A stretch of 64,000 nucleotides of DNA from Escherichia coli. GTDB lineage: Bacteria; Pseudomonadota; Gammaproteobacteria; Enterobacterales; Enterobacteriaceae. The stretch lies in NCBI RefSeq assembly GCF_024223415.1, contig NZ_CP100501.1. One strand, written 5' to 3'. Below the pieces are notes generated by a model. It was not told the DNA's origin. It did no database searches and worked only from the letters and a program-made list of their open reading frames with translations. Position numbers and translations under genes: made by a program. Shown here piece by piece: positions 43,207-53,409 of the stretch; position 1 is the first letter of the stretch; each line of letters starts with the position of its first letter.

Positions 43207-43396
43207 ATGTGTTCTTGCCCCCTTATTTCCAGACAGGGGTTGTATCTTAAGTTAATGTTACCCGCTGACGTCGATATTCTCGCGGAGAGCGATAACCCAA
43301 CGCACTGTGCGGATGGTTTTCATTGTAATGTTCGATCGCCACTGCAAGATTATGCAATGCCGTTCTTACATTCGGTTTCGGCATGAACGCGATGTA
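43207..43396. mobile_element. Fragment (about 190 bp) of the IS3-family element seen at 6411-7740
   Basis: About 95% identical to 6415-6600 (IS end plus orfB 3' end). Confidence 0.8.
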
Positions 43397-43451
43397 GTCT
43401 TCCTTGGGGTCCGCTTGGAAAACGGAAAATATCCCACGCTAAGACTATTTT

Positions 43452-44042
43452 CTATACAGTAACAGTTTGCTGTTTCGCTCTAACTCTCAGAATTGTTTGC
43501 CGTGTGGTTCGGAATTCCCTGGCAATAGCACTTATACTTGCTCCAGACTTAATGTGTTCGAGTACCTTCTGTTTTTGTTCTTCATTTAATACCGGTGGGC
43601 GACCAAAACGTTTTCCTGCATCCCGTGCTCTTGCTATCCCTGAATAAGTTCGTTCAAGTAAAAGATCTCGTTCAAATTCAGCGACCGCTGAAATCACTTG
43701 CATTGTCATTTTTCCTGCCGGACTGGTCAGATCAACACCACCTAATGCCAGGCAATGTACCCTGATGCCAGATTCGGTCAGTTGCTCCACTGTTTTCCTG
43801 ATATCCATTGCATTACGACCGAGGCGATCCAGTTTTGTGACTATCAATACATCGCCACTTTCCAGACGATCAAGCAACCGGTTAAAACCTGGACGTTCAC
43901 TGGCTGCTACTGATCCACTAATTTGTTCTTCGATTATTCGTTGGGGTCTGACGTTAAAACCCGCGCTTTCGATTTCCCGACGTTGATTTTCGGTCGTCTG
44001 TTCCAGAGTGGAAACCCGACAATAGGCAAAAATTCGAGACAT
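43452..44042 (-). CDS. Serine recombinase (resolvase/invertase family)
   Basis: N-terminal catalytic motif [10 protein letters not shown]-terminal HTH; 196 aa. Confidence 0.85.
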   Translation of the reverse strand: MSRIFAYCRVSTLEQTTENQRREIESAGFNVRPQRIIEEQISGSVAASERPGFNRLLDRLESGDVLIVTKLDRLGRNAMDIRKTVEQLTESGIRVHCLALGGVDLTSPAGKMTMQVISAVAEFERDLLLERTYSGIARARDAGKRFGRPPVLNEEQKQKVLEHIKSGASISAIAREFRTTRQTILRVRAKQQTVTV

Positions 44043-44069
44043 AGTGAGATCTTCTGTACGAAATGGGTG

Positions 44070-44180
44070 TACATATTATAATGCATGTCCGAAAGTAATT
44101 TCGCTGACTTTCGGATATATCTGTTTAACAATGTCCGAAACCGGTCGATTTCGGACACCAAAACCACTGTTGTCCCGCCA
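44070..44180. promoter_or_regulatory. res-like recombination site upstream of the serine recombinase gene
   Basis: Inverted repeats TGTCCGAAA..TTTCGGATA and TGTCCGAAACCGGTCGATTTCGGACA resembling resolvase binding half-sites. Confidence 0.5.
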
Positions 44181-44254
44181 TTCTGGCGATTCCTGAAAGC
44201 CCTTTGGCTAAAAAATAGTCTTAACATGGTTTATTTTCCGAATTCCAAACTGAC

Positions 44255-44462
44255 CCCGCTAACGCGGAGATACGTCCCGACTTCGGGTAAACCCTCGTCG
44301 GGACCACTCCGACCGCGCACAGAAGCTCTCTCATGGCTGAAAGCGGGTATGGCTTAGCAGGGCTGGGGATGGGTAAGGTGAAATCTATCAATCAGTACCG
44401 GCTTACGCCGGGCTTCGGCGGTTTTACTCCTGTGCCATATGCAACAACGGAGTGCCGCCTTA
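44255..44462. repeat. About 205-bp structured direct repeat, copy B
   Basis: See copy A at 1487-1692. Confidence 0.85.
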
Positions 44463-44542
44463 CATGCGCTGACGCGCATTATTTGCCTTGTTCCGTCTGA
44501 AACTAATCACTATGATTAAATATGATTAACAACTAATCGGGT

Positions 44543-44827
44543 ATGCAAATGAAAAACAATACCGCACAGGCAACAAAAGTCATTACCGCGCATGTGCCAT
44601 TACCAATGGCTGATAAAGTCGACCAGATGGCCGCCAGACTGGAACGCTCCCGGGGCTGGGTTATCAAACAGGCGCTTTCTGCATGGCTTGCCCAGGAGGA
44701 GGAGCGTAATCGCCTGACGCTGGAAGCCCTGGACGATGTGAAATCCGGACAGGTTATCGACCATCAGGCTGTACAGGCCTGGGCGGACAGCCTCAGTACT
44801 GACAATCCGTTACCGGTGCCACGCTGA
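44543..44827 (+). CDS. RHH (CopG/ParD-like) antitoxin
   Basis: 94 aa; upstream of and contiguous with a ParE/RelE-fold toxin gene. Confidence 0.7.
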   Translation: MQMKNNTAQATKVITAHVPLPMADKVDQMAARLERSRGWVIKQALSAWLAQEEERNRLTLEALDDVKSGQVIDHQAVQAWADSLSTDNPLPVPR

Positions 44828-45102
44828 TGGAACTGAAGTGGACCAGTAAGGCGCTTTCTGATTTGGCGCGGTTATATGATTTTCTGGTGCTGGCCAGTAA
44901 ACCTGCGGCCACCAGAACGGTGCAGTCCCTGACACAGGCACCGGTCATTCTGTTAACTCATCCACGTATGGGAGAACAGTTGTTTCAGTTTGAACCCAGG
45001 GAGGTCAGACGGATTTTTGCTGGCGAGTACGAAATCCGTTACGAACTTAATGGCCAGACTATTTATGTATTGCGCCTGTGGCACACACGAGAAAACAGGT
45101 AG
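44827..45102 (+). CDS. ParE/RelE-superfamily toxin
   Basis: 91 aa; YEIRYELNGQTIYVLRLWHTRE is typical of ParE/RelE C-termini. Confidence 0.75.
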   Translation: MELKWTSKALSDLARLYDFLVLASKPAATRTVQSLTQAPVILLTHPRMGEQLFQFEPREVRRIFAGEYEIRYELNGQTIYVLRLWHTRENR

Positions 45103-45207
45103 ATTGTGTGTGGGGACAACTTAACATAGCCTGCAGATATTAATTCTGGAACATTATTATCAGGCCAGATATTTTTCATTCCATTAAATAATCTTGTAGG
45201 AGATAAA

Positions 45208-45447
45208 ATGAATTACGATGAAATAACGAAAATTACCGCTGAACGTATTAGCGACTACATGACCGAAGCAGTTAATACAGACTCTATAGCCGTTGCGGAA
45301 ATGTTTCATAACGCTGCATGGGGAGTGCGAACATTGTGGTTTGAACTCGTCACAAAAATAGATATGGATATACATAAAAAGAACAGGTATGCGAGTTATG
45401 ATCTTAGAAGGAAAATCGAAATACAGCATGAAGAGTTTCACGTATAG
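45208..45447 (+). CDS. Hypothetical small protein (79 aa)
   Basis: Strong RBS AGGAGA 7 nt before ATG; low GC; no recognisable motif. Confidence 0.45.
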   Translation: MNYDEITKITAERISDYMTEAVNTDSIAVAEMFHNAAWGVRTLWFELVTKIDMDIHKKNRYASYDLRRKIEIQHEEFHV

Positions 45448-45609
45448 GAAATTGAAAAACTAAGCGATACCACTGTCCGCGTCTTATGCCTCGTGCGGTA
45501 AGCTGTTTTTCACATCACGCCGGTGTTTTTTCTCTCTGCGTGGTCGGTTTTTATACTGCGGATGGGGTTTTTTATCCTTTCCCCGGATTGCTGACACACT
45601 TACCCTGTA

Positions 45610-46800
45610 TCAGGCCGGCACATACCTCAGCAGACTGATATCCCGCGCGTTTTTCTTCAGCCCTGATACATTCAGCCCCGCAAGGGCCCGGCGGTATACC
45701 ATCCGGCCGCCACACAGCACGCATTCGAACGGGTCACGACTCAGGAACTGTTTCACCATTTGTGCATAGCACACTTTCGCCACCGGTTCCGGTTTATCCA
45801 TCCCCAGAGCTCGGTACACCTGCGGCAGCTTCTCTCCACACCCCCGGTTGGCAAGGAACCCGAAGTACCTCACCATCTTAAAAAACTTCTCCGGGATGTG
45901 CTGTTTCATCCTCGCGACCAGCTCACGCTGCGTCAGCGTTTCCGTCGCTGTCTCTCCCGTTTTGTGGTCCAGGTAACGGAAGCTCAGGCTCGCCCCTCCG
46001 TTGTAATGTGCCAGCCGGGAAGCCGCTATTGGTGGCTTCTTCAGATAACGACCCAGGTAGCGTGCCGTATTCCGCCCGCCGGCCGTCTTCTTCGACATGT
46101 ACACATGCCAGTATTTTCCGCCGGCTTTCAGCACCAGGCTTCTCCACTGTGATTCCGTCGTGATATGTGACAACGACTCCGGCATCGCCATCCCCTCTGA
46201 CCACGCTTTCAGAAGCAACTGCCGTATATTCCACATCCACCGCGAACGCATTGCGTCTTTCAGGAAGCTCAGCTTTTTCCACTGACCGTGCTTATTCAGC
46301 CCCCCGCAGGTTACTGACACATGTACATGCGGATGCCAGTTGAGACGACGGCCATATGTGTGGATGGCGCAGAAGATACCGGGTTCCAGCCCCCGTTTTC
46401 GGGCGGCATACAGCAGCCAACGGTTGCTTTCGAACACCGGCCACAGCGTGTCCGGCAGGGTGAAGACCAGGTGTACCCAGTCGCAGTCAGGAAGACGATT
46501 CAGCTGTGTCGCTGTCCACAGGTCTGTGGCCTTTTTTCCGCAGGACGGGCAGGCACGGCTGCCACATGAGTTAGTGACGTATCTGACGTGGGGACAGTCA
46601 GGTTTATCGCAGTTGTATTCCTTCACGCCCAGTATCCGCGTGCCGCAGGCCAGCATTTTGGTGACAGCCTCAACCTCGATATCGCGCAGACCGCCCGCAT
46701 CCAGGAAGGACGTCCAGCACTGGTTGGCTGTGAACAGGCGTTTCAGCGGACGGGGCTGAAAATCACCACCACTTCGGGTCATCCATCCTGCACGCTCCAT
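45610..46800 (-). CDS. IS91-family rolling-circle (HUH, Y2) transposase; start uncertain
   Basis: Zinc-binding Cys cluster (CDKPDCPHVRYV..CGSRACPSCGKK), HUH motif HPHVHV, tyrosine motif YLGRYLKKPP. Confidence 0.8.
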   Translation of the reverse strand: MERAGWMTRSGGDFQPRPLKRLFTANQCWTSFLDAGGLRDIEVEAVTKMLACGTRILGVKEYNCDKPDCPHVRYVTNSCGSRACPSCGKKATDLWTATQLNRLPDCDWVHLVFTLPDTLWPVFESNRWLLYAARKRGLEPGIFCAIHTYGRRLNWHPHVHVSVTCGGLNKHGQWKKLSFLKDAMRSRWMWNIRQLLLKAWSEGMAMPESLSHITTESQWRSLVLKAGGKYWHVYMSKKTAGGRNTARYLGRYLKKPPIAASRLAHYNGGASLSFRYLDHKTGETATETLTQRELVARMKQHIPEKFFKMVRYFGFLANRGCGEKLPQVYRALGMDKPEPVAKVCYAQMVKQFLSRDPFECVLCGGRMVYRRALAGLNVSGLKKNARDISLLRYVPA

Positions 46801-47139
46801 CTGATAATGTTCTGACAGGTAAAAATAATATCCCGCATGATTTGTGTGCTCATGATTTCTGATAATATCAGATATGGTTTTATCATCAATGATGAAAATC
46901 ATATCTGATATGATTTTATGTGAATTGCTTAATTAGCATATCATTTGCCCGTTTCCCGCCGTGCAGATCCGGTTTCCGGCGAAGTCGGATCGACCTAATC
47001 TTTGTTTCTGATATGAACATCTCGGAGAGGTGTAAGCAATGGTATAAACGAAATGTATTATGTATCTGCATCACAGCATGCGGGCACATTTTGCGGCAGG
47101 ATATGAATCCCCCCGGAATAACTGGCAAAGGACAGATAA

Positions 47140-49234
47140 ATGGACATTGAAATACGCCACTGCAATAACATCGTACGAGCACATATCACCCTCACTGCCG
47201 ATAAACTGAACATTAAGTTTGCGCCAAATGGTACTGGAAAAAGTACGCTGTCACGGGCCATAAGCTGTGCGGCGCGGGACGACATTCAGGGACTACAGGC
47301 ACTGATGCCCTTCCGGCTGCGCGGAGAAAACCCCGATAGCACCGGGCCCATTGTCATCGGTGCTGACGGGATTGGGGACGTGATGTGCTTCAACGAGGAG
47401 TACGTCAGTCAGTTTACGTTCCAACCGGACGAGCTCATCAGTGACAGCTTTAATATTCTTATCCGCAATCAAGCCCATGCGGAAAGAGAGCGTGAAATAG
47501 AAGAAATGACGCAAAAGATCCGGGCTGTTTTCACGGATCACACTGAGCTGAACTCTCTGATAGACCATCTACAGGAACTCAGTAATGCTTTCAAATCAAC
47601 CAGTTCCGGGATTTCACGTTCTTCAACCGGCATGAGAGGTCTGTCAGGCGGAAATAAAATACACCACATTCCGGCTGGTCTTGAGAACTATCAACCCTAC
47701 ATCCGCAGTGAACGCCGCGTGGAATGGATTGACTGGCAGACAAAGGGACTCGAGTTTTCGCCCCTTTCGGATGGCTGCTGTCCGTTCTGTACCGGTGATA
47801 TCACGGGAAAGGAAGCACAAATTCGCCAAGTCAGAGAGGAATACGATAAATCCACCATTAAAAATGACGGAGAGCGCCAGAGAACGCCTTCTGGCCATTA
47901 CTATGCTTCAGAACGGTCCGGAAGCCGAACATATCGAGTACCTAGTGGCGTTGAAACGCCAGACCGATACGCTGACAGAGAAACTCACTGCGCTGAGAGG
48001 CCTGAATGTTTTCAGCCTGCAGGAACAGCAGAACGTTCGGGAGGTGCTCACTGCCAGGTTGATTGACCTGCAGTTCTTCCCTGATCTGCAATCCGAACTC
48101 ATGCAGGGGATCACCGACAGACTGAACGCGGCCCTTATGGACCTGATAAACCTTGCCGGACCGCTGCAGGGAAAAATTAACCGGCACCGGGACAGCATGA
48201 TCCGGCTGATCGCACAGCACAAAACAAACATCAATAATTTCCTCACTTATGCAGGCTATAAATACAGGGTGGATATAGCCGGCGAGGGAGAGCAGAGAAA
48301 ACTCAGGCTACGACACATAGATTTTGACGGGTACGTCAGCGGCGGTAGCCAGCATCTCAGCTATGGAGAACGGAACGCCTTTGCGATTGTGTTATTCATG
48401 TATGAATGCCTGTCAAAAAACCCGGGACTGATTATCCTTGATGATCCCATATCTTCTTTTGATAAAAACAAGAAGTTTGCCATTCTTGAAATGCTGTTCA
48501 GACGTGCAAGTGGTGAATGCCTGAAGAACCGGACTGTACTTATGCTGACGCATGACGTGGAGCCTGTGATTGACACGCTGAAGTCAGTCAGAAGGTTGTT
48601 CAGTAATCAGGTGACCGCCTCCTGCCTGCGCCTGTCTGCTGGAGTCATAGAAGAATTACCTGTTAACGACGGCGATATCATGACATTCATGCAGATCTGC
48701 AAATCCATCACCGCGTCAGCAGACTGTGAGGAGATCATTAAGCTCATCTATCTTCGTCGCTACTTTGAAATCGTTGACGAACGTGGTGATGCTTATCAGC
48801 TTCTATCCAATCTATTCCATCGACGCGTCGCCCCGCTGGATTATCGCGAGCCTGCCGCTGCGGGCTCGGGCTATCCCAAAATGGCTCCTGAGAAAATTCA
48901 GCAGGCCTTGCGGGATATCCGGGAGTATGTGGACAGTTTTGATTACCCGCGACTTCAGGCTCTCGTCAGCAGCCCAGATGAAATAAAAAACCTGTACCGT
49001 CGCTGTCGTAACGGCTATGAAAAACTGCAGGTATTCCGTTTACTGGAACTGGATCAGGACCATCCGGTAATACGAAAATTCGTTAACGAAACGTACCACA
49101 TTGAAAATGAGTTCATCTGTCAACTAGATCCGTCCAGATTCGATCTCATCCCGGAGTACGTGATTATGGAATGTGACAAGTTCATCGCCCTGCCACCGGC
49201 AGCAAACCAGAGCTCGGTTGCCCGTATCGCTTGA
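47140..49234 (+). CDS. Rad50-like ABC ATPase with CxxC hook and extra C-terminal domain (RloC/PrrC-like candidate); reading frame shifts near 47860-47870
   Basis: Walker A FAPNGTGKSTL, long coiled-coil insert with CPFC, signature LSYGERN, Walker B LIILDDP, H-loop LMLTHD, then about 215 aa; N part in frame 1, C part in frame 2. Confidence 0.55.
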
Positions 49235-49333
49235 GCCACTGTTTTTGCCGCCGGAAGATAGGCTTTAGCTCCCTGATAGTCTGATCTTCGAAGATACCCT
49301 ACAGTTTAGGACCGCTTACTGTAGATATCTGTT

Positions 49334-49360
49334 AAAACAGCCCGTATACGGGCTGTTTCT
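49334..49360. terminator. Bidirectional intrinsic terminator between convergent genes
   Basis: AAAACAGCCCG-TATA-CGGGCTGTTTCTT hairpin with flanking A and T runs. Confidence 0.7.
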
Positions 49361-49395
49361 TGGTGCCCTTATCTCCTGACTTTGAAAAGAGTGTC

Positions 49396-49812
49396 TTACT
49401 TCACCCAGTCTTCCAGCACCAGGTCAGGCACTCGCTCAAATTCTCTTGTATTATTCGTTACCAGTATCGCCCCGGCGGCGATGGCGTGCCCGGCAATCGC
49501 CGTGTCGTTCGGGCCGATCGGCGTCCCGGCCAGCCGCAGTGCCACTTTAATCTTCGTGGTGGCGTCTACTGCGGCGCGATCCCAGGGCAGGATGGCATCG
49601 AGGCGGGCGCAGAATTCATCGACCAGTTGGACGTGACGTGGTGAGGCCTTTGGGCCGGTAGCCCCGAAGCGCATTTCAGAGTAGGTGATGGCCGAGACCA
49701 CTATACGGTGGCCGCGTAGCACCGCCTGCTCCAGACGCTTCAGGACGGCTTCTGGCTGTTCACGCATGATGAACGAGCAGATACAGGTATCAAGCATATA
49801 AGTCTTGTTCAC
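49396..49812 (-). CDS. vapC: PIN-domain toxin VapC
   Basis: 138 aa; N-terminal YMLDTCIC with acidic residue and PIN-like spacing; overlaps the antitoxin gene. Confidence 0.85.
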   Translation of the reverse strand: MNKTYMLDTCICSFIMREQPEAVLKRLEQAVLRGHRIVVSAITYSEMRFGATGPKASPRHVQLVDEFCARLDAILPWDRAAVDATTKIKVALRLAGTPIGPNDTAIAGHAIAAGAILVTNNTREFERVPDLVLEDWVK

Positions 49813-50039
49813 AGGTTAAATCGCCCTTCGTCGCTGACAACATCCTCGCGCTCCGCCATAAAATCTGGATCGGCTTTTTCGTACTCTAGGAATGATCCCC
49901 AGGTTGGCCGGACGGGGCGCAGGATGATGCTGTCCCCTTCCCGGACGATCTCGAGCTCGCTCACCCCCTCAAAATCCAGATCACGAGGCAGACGGATGGC
50001 GCGGTTGTTGCCATTTTTAAATATCGATACGGTTCTCAT
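49809..50039 (-). CDS. vapB: AbrB/SpoVT-type antitoxin VapB
   Basis: 76 aa; MRTVSIFKNGNNRAIRLPRD typical of VapB/MazE swapped-hairpin antitoxins. Confidence 0.85.
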   Translation of the reverse strand: MRTVSIFKNGNNRAIRLPRDLDFEGVSELEIVREGDSIILRPVRPTWGSFLEYEKADPDFMAEREDVVSDEGRFNL

Positions 50040-50049
50040 GTTCTTTCTC

Positions 50050-50180
50050 TCCCGAGCATATGGATATGTGAAACATATCCGGAATATTCAAAGCACCGGG
50101 TGTGTGCATATGTTTAGTATAGGCAGATGTGTGGCATATGTATAGCGGTAGCATATGTAGATGCCATGCATATGTTTAGC
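50050..50180. promoter_or_regulatory. Array of GCATATG(T) repeats upstream of vapBC (operator or iteron-like)
   Basis: At least five copies of the palindromic CATATG core within about 130 bp, plus inverted repeat GGATATGTGAAACATATCC. Confidence 0.5.
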
Positions 50181-50598
50181 ATATCCCTATTTCTTTCTTT
50201 TTTATCGGAGATCCGAAAAAAGGTTGTTCAGGATCTTCCTCTCCCCCCACACAACGCCACCTCCTGTAAGCACAACATGTGGTGCCGGATTCAGCTGCTG
50301 ATGACACTATATGTTGTGTCATCTCCCTGACCTGTGATGCGTCGCGCAGGGGCGGAAAACAGCGATATGATGATTTCCTCAGCGTGGTACACTTCCGGAA
50401 AGTTGTGATATTCTGGAAAGTCGGATCTGACGGAAACGGCTCTCCGGTAATTTAACGGCGTGGTTATATGGATGCTTGTTATCATGGTGATGATGATAAC
50501 GGCATGATGTTATCAGACGGCGTGACGGTAAGGGCAGTGATGATGGATGACGTTATCGCATGACCGTCCCTGCCCGGAAAAGAAAAAAGGAGTCACCC

Positions 50599-51012
50599 AT
50601 GTTTTTTATTAAGAATGAAGGTCAGGCTGTCGCCAGAACGGATTACTGGCAGTCTGTACAGGCGCAGGCCGGATATGTCTACCTCAGCTGGAATGCCGGC
50701 GCAGCCAGGCTGCTTGTCCCGGATGCGGCAAAACATTTACTCAGGGAGATGCGGGGGGCTGAGTACGTCATCATCAGTAAGGGAACGCTGCATGGCCGCG
50801 ATGCGCTGGAACTGATATTTGAAGACGGCAGCGATGCGCCGTTCGTGATCCACATGCTGAGCGAGCAGTGCGATCGCCTGCTCCCCGAAAACAACCAGGG
50901 CGGGGGTTTTGTTGTCACCGTCTGGACGCGTGGCGGTAACCAGCTCCGTTATCCGGGAAAGTACCGTGTTGTGGAAAACCTGCCCGACGTTTCCCCGTGG
51001 AGTGAACACTGA
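50599..51012 (+). CDS. Hypothetical protein, translationally coupled to the tyrosine recombinase
   Basis: ORF with stop (TGA) 1 nt before the recombinase ATG. Confidence 0.5.
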   Translation: MFFIKNEGQAVARTDYWQSVQAQAGYVYLSWNAGAARLLVPDAAKHLLREMRGAEYVIISKGTLHGRDALELIFEDGSDAPFVIHMLSEQCDRLLPENNQGGGFVVTVWTRGGNQLRYPGKYRVVENLPDVSPWSEH

Positions 51013-51013
51013 T

Positions 51014-51799
51014 ATGCAGCACCTGCCGGCACCGATCCACCATGCCCGGGATGTCGCTCAGCTTCCTGTTGCCATCGATTATCCGGCAGCGCTGGCACTC
51101 CGCCAGATGTCGATGGTTCATGATGAACTGCCAAAATACCTGCTGGCCCCTGAAGTGAGCGCCCTGCTCCATTACGTCCCGGATCTGCGCCGCAAGATGC
51201 TGCTGGCCACACTGTGGAACACCGGTGCGCGCATTAATGAAGCACTGGCGCTGACGCGGGGGGATTTTTCGCTTGCGCCCCCGTATCCGTTTGTGCAGCT
51301 GGCCACTCTGAAGCAGCGGACAGAAAAAGCCGCCAGGACGGCAGGAAGAATGCCCGCCGGTCAGCAGACTCACCGGCTGGTTCCGCTTTCCGACACCTGG
51401 TACCTCAGCCAGCTGCAGACGATGGTGGCCACACTGAAAATCCCCATGGAACGGCGTAATAAACGAACAGGCAGGACAGAGAAAGCGCGGATCTGGGAAG
51501 TGACGGACAGAACGGTCAGGACCTGGATTGGGGAGGCGGTTGCCGCCGCTGCCGCTGATGGTGTGACGTTCTCTGTCCCGGTCACGCCACATACGTTCCG
51601 CCATTCCTATGCGATGCACATGCTGTATGCCGGTATACCGCTGAAGGTCCTGCAGAGCCTGATGGGGCATAAGTCCATCAGCTCAACGGAGGTCTACACG
51701 AAGGTGTTTGCACTGGATGTCGCGGCGCGCCATCGTGTGCAGTTCGCTATGCCGGAAGCCGATGCGGTAGCGCTGATAAAACAACTTGAGAGGCGTTAA
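51014..51799 (+). CDS. Tyrosine site-specific recombinase (XerC/XerD-like; probable multimer resolution)
   Basis: Catalytic box II HTFRHSYAMHM..LMGH..EVYTKV. Confidence 0.8.
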   Translation: MQHLPAPIHHARDVAQLPVAIDYPAALALRQMSMVHDELPKYLLAPEVSALLHYVPDLRRKMLLATLWNTGARINEALALTRGDFSLAPPYPFVQLATLKQRTEKAARTAGRMPAGQQTHRLVPLSDTWYLSQLQTMVATLKIPMERRNKRTGRTEKARIWEVTDRTVRTWIGEAVAAAAADGVTFSVPVTPHTFRHSYAMHMLYAGIPLKVLQSLMGHKSISSTEVYTKVFALDVAARHRVQFAMPEADAVALIKQLERR

Positions 51800-52059
51800 A
51801 AAGCCGTATTCGCGGTTCAGTCAAGGGGGAGCTGGTGCATCCATCTGTGGAAGATAGAGCACCAAACTCATAGAGGCCACGTTCTCAGGCCAGAACAGTC
51901 TTATATCTCTGGCGCTGACAACCCATAGTACTTGCCTGGATGGGAAACTCTTCTTGTGCTGAGCGTAAGAGCCATCTGCCGGAACGCTTCCTCGCCAGTT
52001 CGCTCGCTACGCACAGTTACATGGCTGCGGCGAGGGCTGCCTGATTCTAATAATGATAT

Positions 52060-52390
52060 TTCAGCATGATAGCAGCAATAAAATAGATTGCAGCTATCAT
52101 GCTGTACACATACGGCCTAGCGCTCTGCTTATGTTATGCTATCTGCAATCTTGCGGCAATCTTGCTTCATCTGTCGATGCGATTCTGAATGAGGTTTCTT
52201 TTATTGTTAACGTGACACAAGTATTCGGCTGTCAATTCCAGCACTCTGCTAAGTAGCAAGATTTAATCTTGCTACTAGATTTTTTATTGTTGCAATCTTG
52301 CTGCAAGCTGTTATCTTGTTCTGGAAGAGTTACTCTACCTAACCTCAATCTGGTTTATATTGATGTTTGCTGCAAGATAGCAGCAAGTAA
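52060..52390. promoter_or_regulatory. Centromere-like repeat array upstream of parA (GCAATCTTGC / GCAAGAT palindromic units)
   Basis: Multiple ATCTTGC..GCAAGAT units in the promoter region; similar units recur at 53410-53480. Confidence 0.55.
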
Positions 52391-52400
52391 AGGGGGCTAA

Positions 52401-53033
52401 ATGGCCTGGATAGTTGGTTTTATTTCTCAGAAAGGTGGTGTGGGCAAAAGCACTAAAGCGAGAGCGTTAGCGCGTGAAGCATCCGCCTGTGGTATCAAAA
52501 CAAAATTAGCTGATCTCGACTTGGAACAGGCAACGAGTGCTGAGTGGCATCGTAGACGTCTGTCAGCTGGTTTGTCACCGGTTGCTTCAGTTGAAGTGTT
52601 TTCAACAGCAAAGCAGGCGATAGAATCTGCCGGCGATTTTGACCTTCTGATTCTTGATGGCCCTGCTCGTGCAAGTAAAGGTACTTCAGAAATTGCTAAG
52701 GTCGCCGACCTTATCGTCCAGCCAACGGGGGCCTCCCTTGACGATCTTGTCCCGGCAATTAAAGTTTTCAACGCGTTGGTAAAAGAAGGTATACCACGTT
52801 CAAAACTGGTCTTCGCTTTAAGCCGGGTAGGTACCGAAGCGGAAGAGCTGGATGCTCGTGCATATATCAGTGAAGCAGGTTATGAAACTTTATCTGGATG
52901 CCTTTTTGAGAAGCCAGCATACAGAAAAGCGATGAATTCAGGACTCGCTGTGACAGAAACACGTTATAAAGGTTTAAACGAGAGAGCTGATGAACTTATC
53001 CAGGCACTCATCGATAAGATTGGAGAAGAGTAA
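52401..53033 (+). CDS. parA: ParA-family partition ATPase (small, type Ib)
   Basis: Deviant Walker A SQKGGVGKST; 210 aa. Confidence 0.85.
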   Translation: MAWIVGFISQKGGVGKSTKARALAREASACGIKTKLADLDLEQATSAEWHRRRLSAGLSPVASVEVFSTAKQAIESAGDFDLLILDGPARASKGTSEIAKVADLIVQPTGASLDDLVPAIKVFNALVKEGIPRSKLVFALSRVGTEAEELDARAYISEAGYETLSGCLFEKPAYRKAMNSGLAVTETRYKGLNERADELIQALIDKIGEE

Positions 53034-53407
53034 TGGCTGATGCGTCAAAACTTAGAACTAAAAGAACCCGTAGTGGGTTGGGGGTACCCCCGGGCCCCGA
53101 CGAAGTGGCTACCAGCTTGAATGCGCCTGAGATAGCTCCGGCTGTCGCTGCCACTGATGTTCAGAGACAACAGGCAGACTCATCGCCAGTGCACCATGAG
53201 CCTGTGGTTACGCAAACTGTGACCGAGGTATATACCCGCCGCGATGGCCGTTCTGCCAGAAAAACAAACAGGACGCTGGCATTTGCAACACGTGTCACAC
53301 CTGCTTTCGACCAAGAGATCCGGGATATCGCAGAGCGTGAGGGGTTGAAACTGGTGGAAGTTCTGGAAAAAGCAGTTGAGGCATATAAGGAAAAACAGGG
53401 CTATTAA
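53033..53407 (+). CDS. Partition centromere-binding protein (ParG/ParB-like partner of ParA)
   Basis: 124 aa, immediately downstream of and overlapping parA; basic N-terminus. Confidence 0.55.
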   Translation: MADASKLRTKRTRSGLGVPPGPDEVATSLNAPEIAPAVAATDVQRQQADSSPVHHEPVVTQTVTEVYTRRDGRSARKTNRTLAFATRVTPAFDQEIRDIAEREGLKLVEVLEKAVEAYKEKQGY

Positions 53408-53409
53408 TC

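Noticed and set aside
47681-48066. Treating 47140-48066 and 47681-49234 as two independent overlapping genes
   Set aside because: The frame-1 tail and frame-2 head in the overlap are low-complexity and unlike the flanking sequence, so a single gene with a frameshift is more parsimonious. A split ABC ATPase cannot be fully excluded.
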